Program-made: the position numbers and the translations under genes
From: Verrucomicrobiia bacterium
Lineage (GTDB): Bacteria; Verrucomicrobiota; Verrucomicrobiia; JADLBR01
NCBI GenBank assembly: GCA_035387945.1
Contig: DAOOOX010000023.1
Location: forward strand, 6,153 to 70,152
Direction of reading: 5' to 3'
Length of the DNA: 64,000 nucleotides
Notes under the pieces: generated by a model
What the model was told of the DNA's origin: nothing
The model's database searches: none
The model's input: only the letters and a program-made list of their open reading frames with translations
Shown here: piece by piece, positions 48,779 through 55,926 of the stretch
Position numbering within the stretch: position 1 is the first letter of the stretch
Layout of the letters: every line of letters starts with the position of its first letter

Positions 48779-49006
48779 CCGATGGCCTTCAGCATGCCCT
48801 CGCCGCCGAACACGTCGAGCCTCATCGGATGCGGCGGCCCATCCCTCCGCTCGCGCGCGGCATCATATCGGGCACCATCGTTTCCGCAGTTTCTCACCCT
48901 TCCATGGAGCGGGGTCGGCCGATCCCTTCGATGCGCGCGGATGATGGACTTCTGCCCATTGACGGTGTTTCCTTTCCGTGGATCGGGACACCACCGACAG
49001 AATCGC

Positions 49007-49930
49007 ATGCACCATCCACTCCTTACGCCCCTGGCGGTCACATGCCTGGGTTTTGCAAACAACATCTTTGCCGTGGGAATGGCCAAACCGCTATTCGGCG
49101 CGGCACCTCCGCCGACGAAGGCGGAGAGGCGCACCGTTTCCATAGCGGACTTCGGCGCGGTGCCCGACGGCGAACTCCAGACCGGCAAGATCCAGGCGGC
49201 GATCGATGACCGTTTTCTCCACGGCGGAGGAGAGGTGCAGATCCCGGCGGGCAAATTCCGCACGGGCGGCCTCCGGCTCCGATCGGGAGTGACGCTGCGT
49301 CTTCTGCGAGGCGCGGTGCTGTGCGGCAGCCGGAATCCGGAGGATTACGCAGAATACCTCGTCGACAAGATCGAGCCGCTGGACCCCGCGCGGATAACCA
49401 CCGCGCTCTGGCGGCCGGCGAGCGATCCCGACCGGAACAACGATTTCATGCGGACGGTGGGAAGCCGCTGGAACAACGCGCTCATCCGGGCCATTGACGC
49501 CGAGAACATATCAATCATCGGCGACGAGGGCTCGGTCATCGATGGCAGCGACTGCTATGACGAAACGGGGGAGGAACATTACCGGGGCCCGCATTGCATC
49601 GGCATGCACAACTGCCGGGGCATCACCCTGCGGGGCTATACCGTGAAGAACAGCGCGAACTGGGCGCATGCCATCTTTTTCAGCCAGGGCATCACCGCGG
49701 AGAATATCACCGTGCTCGCCGGTCACTACGGCATTCACCTGTCCGCCTGCTACAATATCAAGATAGACCGCTGCCACTTCTACACCGGCGACGACTGCGT
49801 CGGCGGCCCTGCGCGGGTGGCGGCAGACAGGATTGTCTGCCCCACGGCCCGGGGCTCCCAACACCGCGGGAATGTTCGTAGTGGTGCCTTTAGGCACTCC
49901 GCGATCCACCAGAAGTTTCCACATGAATGA
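49007..49930 (+). CDS. Secreted right-handed parallel beta-helix (pectin-lyase fold, GH28-like) protein, probably C-terminally truncated.
   Basis: Signal MHHPLLTPLAVTCLGFANNIFAVG. RTVSIADFGAVPDGELQTGKIQAAIDD...GGGEVQIPAGKFRTGGLRLRSGVTL is the classic GH28/pectate-lyase-superfamily N-terminus. NSANWAHAIFFSQGITAENITV and YTGDDCVGG are beta-helix rungs. The ORF ends ~40 aa after the GDDC block, where homologues have ~150 more residues. Confidence 0.5.
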   Translation: MHHPLLTPLAVTCLGFANNIFAVGMAKPLFGAAPPPTKAERRTVSIADFGAVPDGELQTGKIQAAIDDRFLHGGGEVQIPAGKFRTGGLRLRSGVTLRLLRGAVLCGSRNPEDYAEYLVDKIEPLDPARITTALWRPASDPDRNNDFMRTVGSRWNNALIRAIDAENISIIGDEGSVIDGSDCYDETGEEHYRGPHCIGMHNCRGITLRGYTVKNSANWAHAIFFSQGITAENITVLAGHYGIHLSACYNIKIDRCHFYTGDDCVGGPARVAADRIVCPTARGSQHRGNVRSGAFRHSAIHQKFPHE

Positions 49931-50018
49931 TGCGGCGCGTTCTCGATCCGGGCTCTGGAAAAAACGCGTCATTTTGCCCCGCACGTTGCCGAGCCACCTC
50001 TTGCGGCACGGCACCGGA

Positions 50019-51326
50019 TCATTCCGACTTCCCAGAAGCCGATTGTCCGGTGAGCCTCTTGATCAACTCGACCTCGCGTGGATCATGCGGTGTCCCGTCC
50101 GGCCGCAAGATGTCGTGGAACCAGACTTTCGGTTCCGGCGCATCCTTCTGGCTCCCCCACGGGTAGATGAAGTTCCCCTTGCCCACGACGAGGCCGAAGC
50201 TGATGGCCCCGACGCGCTCTCGTTTCAGCAGGGGTAATATCGCCTCAAACGTGGAGCCCTTGGGGCGGGCCATATACTCCGTGCACACGATGGGGCGCTC
50301 GAATGACCTCAGCAATTTGATGAATGCCTCGACATCCTTGGGCTTGCCATACGAGTGGAATGTCATGACGTCACAGTTCTCCCCGAGGAAACAGACGATG
50401 TCGAGGGAGGTCCTCGGCCCAGCGGGCAATCCCCAGATGGGGGCGGTCAGCGGCTGGGCGGGGTCCTCCGCGCGGGCCCATTCAAAGACCTTGCGCAACA
50501 GGGGCAGGCTCCTCGCGCCCTTCGTTGGATTCTCCGGCTCATTGTACAGGCACCACATCAGGACGCGCTCGTCCCGGCCGAACGCCCCCATCACGTCCCT
50601 GACGTATCTCTCGAGGCGGCCCCACTTCGCGGGATCGTTCACGTCGGCGGCCCCTGGGCTCTGCACCCAGCCCGAGTTGTGAACCCCCGGCACCGGATCG
50701 GGCTGCTTCCCAAGTCGGGGTTCTCCCGCGAACCCGTAGCACCCATTCGTGAAGAATGTGACGATCGCGCGCATGTGGCGCCGCTGACAGATATCGAGAA
50801 ATGCGCCGAGGCGCCTCTTGAGGCCGGCGGGATCGGCCTCCCACACGAGGTCGCGCAAGAAGACGCGCGCCGTATTGAATCCGAGAGCCTCGGCCCAGCC
50901 AAGCTCCCGATCGATCGTCTTCGGGTCGAAGGATTCCTCTTGCCACATCTCGATCTGATTGATCGCGCTGGACGTGACGTAATTGCATCCGACCGGCCAC
51001 GGTTGGCCGACGTACCACCGACTGGCCCTCGTCATGGACCATCGACCGGGCGATTCTCCATCAGCGGCCTCGCTCGTCGTGGAGGGTCGCCCCGCATCTC
51101 CTCCAGGTGAGATGCTGGACCCCTTCGCCGGGGTGAGGCCGAAGGCGCGTCCGGCCGCGCCGAGCAAAGTCGCCCCACCCAGCAGCGCCATCCCGCGGCC
51201 GAAAAATTCCCGTCGGACCAGCGTCAGTTCCCCCTCTGTCGCCTGCCCAAGAATTGCCCCACCAGGTCTTTCACAGATGCTCGGCGGCGACTGGACTTCG
51301 GCCGCGCCACTGCTACACTTAGACAT
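50019..51326 (-). CDS. TAT-exported GH5-like (clan GH-A) glycoside hydrolase.
   Basis: VRREFFGRGMALLGGATLLGAAGRAFG twin-arginine signal. CLYNEPEN (acid/base) and IVCTEYM (nucleophile) are in GH5 spacing. Confidence 0.75.
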   Translation of the reverse strand: MSKCSSGAAEVQSPPSICERPGGAILGQATEGELTLVRREFFGRGMALLGGATLLGAAGRAFGLTPAKGSSISPGGDAGRPSTTSEAADGESPGRWSMTRASRWYVGQPWPVGCNYVTSSAINQIEMWQEESFDPKTIDRELGWAEALGFNTARVFLRDLVWEADPAGLKRRLGAFLDICQRRHMRAIVTFFTNGCYGFAGEPRLGKQPDPVPGVHNSGWVQSPGAADVNDPAKWGRLERYVRDVMGAFGRDERVLMWCLYNEPENPTKGARSLPLLRKVFEWARAEDPAQPLTAPIWGLPAGPRTSLDIVCFLGENCDVMTFHSYGKPKDVEAFIKLLRSFERPIVCTEYMARPKGSTFEAILPLLKRERVGAISFGLVVGKGNFIYPWGSQKDAPEPKVWFHDILRPDGTPHDPREVELIKRLTGQSASGKSE

Positions 51327-51425
51327 GGGCGGCCGGGTTCAGGCTGGGGTCATCGTCCGGAAGGAGCCGTCGAAAGCGAATTTCTCGATCCGCCGCTAGA
51401 AACCAAAGGGAGAAGGAAAGACACC

Positions 51426-52706
51426 ATGAAGAAGACTCTGCTCGTTGCAGCGCTGGCGATGGCCCTCGCTCCAATCGGCTCGGCAATCACCTGCAACTGG
51501 TCAAACAGCCTCGGCGATAACAACTTTGGCAGCTTCAGCAATTGGTTCCCTGTCCCCACCACTTTTCAGGGGAACGCTTTCAACGTCAATCTCGCGGGCG
51601 CCAACAGGGCGGTGATCTCCACCACCCTCCATTCGTCAGTGAAGTTCTCCGGCGGCGTTCGCACTGGCACCCAGGCCGGGAAGATGGGCGAACTGCTGGT
51701 CTCTGAAGGCACAAATACTTTCGGCGATGTCCTTTATGTGGGCCAGGTATTCGGATCAACGGGCCTCTTCACCCTGACCGGCGGCCTCGTCGAGTTCCCC
51801 AGTAACTTCACAACGATCGCGGAGAGCACGAATATGGTGGGCACCTTCGCCATGAGCGGCGGCACATTCCGCGGCGACCGCCTGACCGCCGCGACCTCGC
51901 CTGGTGCCACGGGAACGGTGATCATCACCGGCGGCGAGTTTATCCTCGCCGAGACCGACCCCAGCCCTGCTGGTACCAGCGGTTATCTCAGGATGGGCGA
52001 AGGGAACGCACAGATCCACATCGGGGGCACCGCCCAAGTGACGGTCGAATTCTTGCTTCTTGGGCGGACCAACAATGGCCCCCCCAACTGGGGTATCATG
52101 ACGATGAGCAACGGCGTCCTAAACATCATCGGTAACCCCAACACTAATGCTCCCCCCATCAATTTCTGCCCCGGCCGCACGGTGGACTTCGAGGGCGGTG
52201 TCTGGAACGTGTTCAGCAACGTAACCACCGTCATCCAGCAGGCAATCTCAGCAGGCCTCATCTACCACTCGGCCGGCAACGACCGGATCCGGGTCACCTA
52301 CAACTCCACGAACGACACGACCGTGGTGAAGATCCAGCAGCCCACCGCGCTGGAATCGTGGCGCTTCCAGTACTTCGGTACGACCGAGGACACCGGCAAT
52401 GCCGCCAACACCGCCGACCCCGAACAGGACGGCATCCCGAACCTCATCGAGTTCGCCTTCGGCTTGCACCCCCTCCAGTGCAACGCCGGGCAGCTCCCGA
52501 AATGCACCGTCAGCGGTGGCAACCTGACCATCGAATTCCCCGAACCGAACGGCGTCAGCGGCATCACCTACGGGGCAGAGTCCTCCACCAACCTGATCAA
52601 TTGGGCCGCCGTCACCAACTCCGGGACCGGCACGACCAATACCTTCACGGTCTTCGTCGGCTCCCAGCCCAAAGGATTCCTCCGCCTCCTCGCAATCGAG
52701 CAGTAG
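51426..52706 (+). CDS. Secreted beta-strand-rich hypothetical protein with the shared C-terminal module.
   Basis: Signal MKKTLLVAALAMALAPIGSA. Gly/Thr-rich repeats (GTNTFGDVLYVG, GGLVEF, GGTFRGD, GGEFIL). C-terminus WRFQYFGTTEDTGNAANTADPEQDGIPNLIEFAFGLHP...SSTNLINWAAV...FLRLLAIEQ. Confidence 0.65.
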   Translation: MKKTLLVAALAMALAPIGSAITCNWSNSLGDNNFGSFSNWFPVPTTFQGNAFNVNLAGANRAVISTTLHSSVKFSGGVRTGTQAGKMGELLVSEGTNTFGDVLYVGQVFGSTGLFTLTGGLVEFPSNFTTIAESTNMVGTFAMSGGTFRGDRLTAATSPGATGTVIITGGEFILAETDPSPAGTSGYLRMGEGNAQIHIGGTAQVTVEFLLLGRTNNGPPNWGIMTMSNGVLNIIGNPNTNAPPINFCPGRTVDFEGGVWNVFSNVTTVIQQAISAGLIYHSAGNDRIRVTYNSTNDTTVVKIQQPTALESWRFQYFGTTEDTGNAANTADPEQDGIPNLIEFAFGLHPLQCNAGQLPKCTVSGGNLTIEFPEPNGVSGITYGAESSTNLINWAAVTNSGTGTTNTFTVFVGSQPKGFLRLLAIEQ

Positions 52707-52841
52707 CAGCGACCCCCAGACGCCGTGCCTTCCTTTGGGAGGGACGCCGGCCCCGGCGGCCGCGTCCCGCCGTCGGACTGGGTCGGGCTGGGGTCAGTTC
52801 TTGAAACTTGAAAATCGGCGCGGCTTCCATTCTCCTTCAGT

Positions 52842-53108
52842 ATGGCGAGAGCCATCCGGGTCGTCCTCTTGGACGCGGTATATCACGTCATGGCCCGGGG
52901 CGAAGGGCGGTGCGGAGATCGCATCGCATGGCAATCGCAGGAAATTGGATGGGGATCGGATGGTCGGGCAGCCCGGGACTTCGCGTGCCGTCACCAGGCC
53001 GGGGAGAAGCGCGCCATGAATCCGGTCGATCCACCGGCGCGATTGGACCGAAAACCCGCCGCAGAACCCGATGCGTTCAGACGGCGACTTTCAAGGTTCA
53101 AGAGTTGA
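52842..53108 (+). pseudogene. Degenerate N-terminal fragment of an IS200/IS605-family REP-associated tyrosine transposase (RAYT-like, HUH fold).
   Basis: MARAIRVVLLDAVYHVMARGEGR matches the RAYT/TnpA(IS200) N-terminal consensus (pRLvLPgypHHVtqRGNrR), including the HUH core (YHV). Homology is lost after residue ~25, and no other frame continues the transposase. REP-like palindromic repeats lie nearby (53091..53199 and 53785..53884). Confidence 0.35.
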
Positions 53109-53226
53109 CCCCTCGAGCTGGCGATGTGACTCCGGATACGGAACAAGGATTCGCGTCTATTGGTGGTGAACACCACGCGGTGAACCACGAACACGAAGGT
53201 CCCTCCCCATTCCTGTAAATTTGTGT

Positions 53227-53739
53227 CTATTTTTTCTGCTTCCGCAGCGCCTCGAGGTCGATGACCTTCATGCCTGAGCCTGCGGATCCCTTGGGCGCGA
53301 CATCGGAGATTCCCTTGATAAACGCCTCCGGGCCACCCGGCACGTAGCCGGTCTTCTTCAGCACCTTCCCCGCGCTATCGACGATCAGCACCGTGGGGAA
53401 TCCCTCGACCCCATACTTGCTCGCCAGCGCCTCGTTCTTCGCCTTTTCCTCGGCCTTCTGCGGCTTGCTGCGCGGAAAATCCAGTTTCAACAAGATGAGT
53501 CGGGAGTCCGCATAATCGCGGAATTCGCGCGTCGAGAAGACCTCGCGATCCAGTTTGATGCACCAGCCGCACCAATCGGAGCCGGTGAAGTCAATCAGGA
53601 CCGGCCGCCCCTTGCTGGCCGATGCCTTCAACGCCACGTCATAATCGGTCAACCACTCACCGTGGGCCGCTCCCACGGCAAGGCACCACAACACCATCAG
53701 CCGCAATGCATGTCTCATCATCGCCCTCCTATGATCCAA
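53227..53739 (-). CDS. Secreted thioredoxin-fold protein with a WCGWC active site (DsbD-gamma / thiol:disulfide interchange-like).
   Basis: Signal MMRHALRLMVLWCLAVGAAHG. VLIDFTGSDWCGWCIKLDREVF with cis-Pro context GFPTVLIVD. ~165 aa. Confidence 0.75.
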   Translation of the reverse strand: MDHRRAMMRHALRLMVLWCLAVGAAHGEWLTDYDVALKASASKGRPVLIDFTGSDWCGWCIKLDREVFSTREFRDYADSRLILLKLDFPRSKPQKAEEKAKNEALASKYGVEGFPTVLIVDSAGKVLKKTGYVPGGPEAFIKGISDVAPKGSAGSGMKVIDLEALRKQKK

Positions 53740-53784
53740 ACCTTAGCCCGAATGCCCCTTCAGTCGAGCCACCATCATCAACGT

Positions 53785-53884
53785 GAACCACGAAGAAAAC
53801 GAAGGCCACGAAGCCGGATTCAAGGGATCGTCAACCTTCGTTCGCTTCGTGTCCTTCGTGGTTGGATCCAAGCCTTGAAACCTG
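53785..53884. repeat. REP-like element (family 1) copy: inverted repeat GAACCACGAAGAAAACGAAGGCCACGAAG / CTTCGTTCGCTTCGTGTCCTTCGTGGTTGG plus a trailing CTTGAAACCTGA motif.
   Basis: The arms 53785..53813 and 53836..53865 are reverse-complementary. CTTGAAACCTGA (53872..53883) also follows the 61014..61065 copy (61079..61095, as ACTTGAAACCTGAGACTTGAAAC). Confidence 0.65.
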
Positions 53885-53901
53885 ATACTCATCGCCCTGC
53901 C

Positions 53902-55326
53902 TTAACTCAACCATTTCATCCGATACGAATTCTGGATCCAGCGGTCGGCCTCTGGCGCGCCCCTGACCCTCATGGCCGCGGCGTCCCATTCGATGGGCCG
54001 ACCCAGGCGCAATGATAAAATGCCCGGCAGATACGCCTCGCATACGCGCGCCCCGATCTCGAAGCCGTTGTAGGTGGCCGGTCCACCCTTGCACGCCTGG
54101 AACCACTCCTGTATGTGGTTGTCATTGGTTAGGCGCGGCACGCTGAGCGGCAACGTCTTGACAGCGTCGTGATCCAACACGCCTCGCCACCGCTCGTCGC
54201 CCTCGAGTTTCATGATGCCGGAGACACCCCAGCCGTCGGTATAAAGCTGGCCGCGCCGTCCGATAAAAAGGCAACCGGTGGTCGGCAGCGTGCCGCGGCA
54301 TTGCTTGACGGAGTCAGTGATCTCTTCGGGCGGGTACTTGCCGCCGTCGCCCCACCAGACTGTGACGGGCGCCAGCCCCTCGCGCGCCGGAAATTCGAAC
54401 TGGAAGCAGCCGCGCGAGACATAGGTTTCCTTGACCGGTTCGGGAAGCTCGGCGGTGACGCGGACGGGTGGACCGAGCTTCAGCGCGCGGACTGGCAACT
54501 GGAAAGTGTGGCAGCCCTGGCCCGACAGCATGCCGTTGCAGAAATCGAGCCAGTTCTGCGCCTTAATACAACCCGGCATATAGGCACCCGCCTTGAACGG
54601 CCGCCATAGCACAGGCCCCAGCCAGAAATCCCAGTTCAATCCATCGGGGACCGGGTCTTCGCCCGACGGACGATCCTGACTAGGCGGAAATTTGCCGCAG
54701 TAGTCCGACCAGAGATAGACTTGCTCGATCTGGCCGAGCACGCCCGCCCGGATGACCTCCGCGGAACGGCGGAACGACTTGCTGCTCGTGCCCTGGGTGC
54801 CCAGTTGCGTGGCAACTTTGCACCGCGGCGCCAGATCCATCAGTTCCCGGGCCTCGGTGATGGTGCGCACCAGCGGCTTCTCGCAATAGACGTGCTTGCC
54901 CGCCTTCATCACACGAACGGAAATCGGCGCATGCCAGCGCGACCCGATCGCGATGACCACGGCATCGAGCGTTTTCTCCTCGTCGAGCATCTTGCGGTAG
55001 TCCTCGTAGATCCTGACCTTGGCCATCACCTCGTCCGCGCCATCTGTCACACCGGCCATGGCCTTTCGCATCGGGTCGAACTGCCGTTTATCCACGTCGC
55101 ACATCGCCACCAGATTTTCGCCCTGGCGCAGGATCTCCGTGATCAGCGCGCGGCAACGCCCTCCTGTCCCGATGGCGGCGATGTTGAGCCGCTTGCTCGG
55201 GGCCGCATCTCCTAATAACCGCGAAGGCAGGATCAACGGGGCGGCGATCAACCCCGTACCCGCGAGAGCGGCACGCTTGAGGAATGCCCGACGGCCGGGC
55301 CTGTCGAACGATTGGGAATATTTCAT
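53902..55326 (-). CDS. TAT-exported Gfo/Idh/MocA family oxidoreductase.
   Basis: Start MKYSQSFDRPGRRAFLKRAALAGTGLIAAPLILPS (twin-arginine). RLNIAAIGTGGRCRA Rossmann start. HVYCEKPL motif. The ORF track's 163 upstream codons are translated repeat DNA. Confidence 0.85.
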   Translation of the reverse strand: MKYSQSFDRPGRRAFLKRAALAGTGLIAAPLILPSRLLGDAAPSKRLNIAAIGTGGRCRALITEILRQGENLVAMCDVDKRQFDPMRKAMAGVTDGADEVMAKVRIYEDYRKMLDEEKTLDAVVIAIGSRWHAPISVRVMKAGKHVYCEKPLVRTITEARELMDLAPRCKVATQLGTQGTSSKSFRRSAEVIRAGVLGQIEQVYLWSDYCGKFPPSQDRPSGEDPVPDGLNWDFWLGPVLWRPFKAGAYMPGCIKAQNWLDFCNGMLSGQGCHTFQLPVRALKLGPPVRVTAELPEPVKETYVSRGCFQFEFPAREGLAPVTVWWGDGGKYPPEEITDSVKQCRGTLPTTGCLFIGRRGQLYTDGWGVSGIMKLEGDERWRGVLDHDAVKTLPLSVPRLTNDNHIQEWFQACKGGPATYNGFEIGARVCEAYLPGILSLRLGRPIEWDAAAMRVRGAPEADRWIQNSYRMKWLS

Positions 55327-55436
55327 GACGCACCAGGGATAGGTTTTGATGCCGGCCGCCTCAAAAGCGGCGCTGGGCATGAATGTCTCAAAAAGGCCCA
55401 GCAAAAACAAGGCACCGATACAGATTCGTCCTGCCT

Positions 55437-55553
55437 GACTCGAAAATCCGGGGCGTGGGAGCCTGCTTGCAGGCGATCCCATGCGCGAATCGCGCGCAAG
55501 CGCGCTCCTGCGTCCGGTTTTCTTCCCTGGTGGTGCCCCGCCGCACGGGGCAT
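55437..55553. repeat. Structured GC-rich repeat (family 2), copy 1: GACTCGAAAAT...GTGGGAGCCTGCTTGCAGGCGATCCCATGCGCGAATCGCGCGCAAGCGCGCTCCTGCG...GGTGGTGCCCCGCCGCACGGGGCAT.
   Basis: ~90% identical to 55753..55860. Related to 63042..63135 and 62881..63036. Contains nested short palindromes (GCCTGCTTGCAGGC, GCGCGAATCGCGC, TGCCCCG-CCGCA-CGGGGCA). Confidence 0.7.
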
Positions 55554-55620
55554 GGGATGATCGGGGCGGCGCCACCGCCTTGCCTGTGTGGGACCAACGG
55601 CCAAAGCGGTGCGTTTGCGC

Positions 55621-55664
55621 GCCGCACTCCAAAAACTCCTGCCCCTCGCGTTTTGGAGTGCGGC
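55621..55664. other. Perfect 14-bp-stem hairpin: GCCGCACTCCAAAA-N16-TTTTGGAGTGCGGC.
   Basis: Read directly. It lies between the two family-2 repeat copies, in the intergenic region between two minus-strand genes. Confidence 0.6.
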
Positions 55665-55752
55665 GGCGACGCCGCCGCTTTCCGCGGCCGGCGGAGCCGG
55701 CGTTCCGCCCGATACCAAAACGGCCCGCCCCGCGCGCGCCGGGGGCGGCGCT

Positions 55753-55860
55753 GACTCGAAAATTCAGGGCGTGGGAGCCTGCTCGCAGGCGATCCCACGC
55801 GCAAATCGCGCGCAAGCGCGCTCCTACGCTCGGTTTTCCGCGCCGGTGGAATGGTGCCGA
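55753..55860. repeat. Family-2 repeat, copy 2.
   Basis: GACTCGAAAATTCAGGGCGTGGGAGCCTGCTCGCAGGCGATCCCACGCGCAAATCGCGCGCAAGCGCGCTCCTACGCTCGGTTTTCC... Confidence 0.7.
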
Positions 55861-55926
55861 TCACCTGCGGCGATTGGGCGCCGACCTTCTGGCGGTGCGG
55901 GCCAAACGCTCACGCATTCGGCTGCG

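Noticed and set aside
55437-55860. Family-2 repeats as a CRISPR array.
   Set aside because: There are only two to four copies, ~110 bp long and irregularly spaced (190 bp and 5 bp). They have internal palindromes and ~10% divergence, and no cas genes nearby. This is not CRISPR-like.
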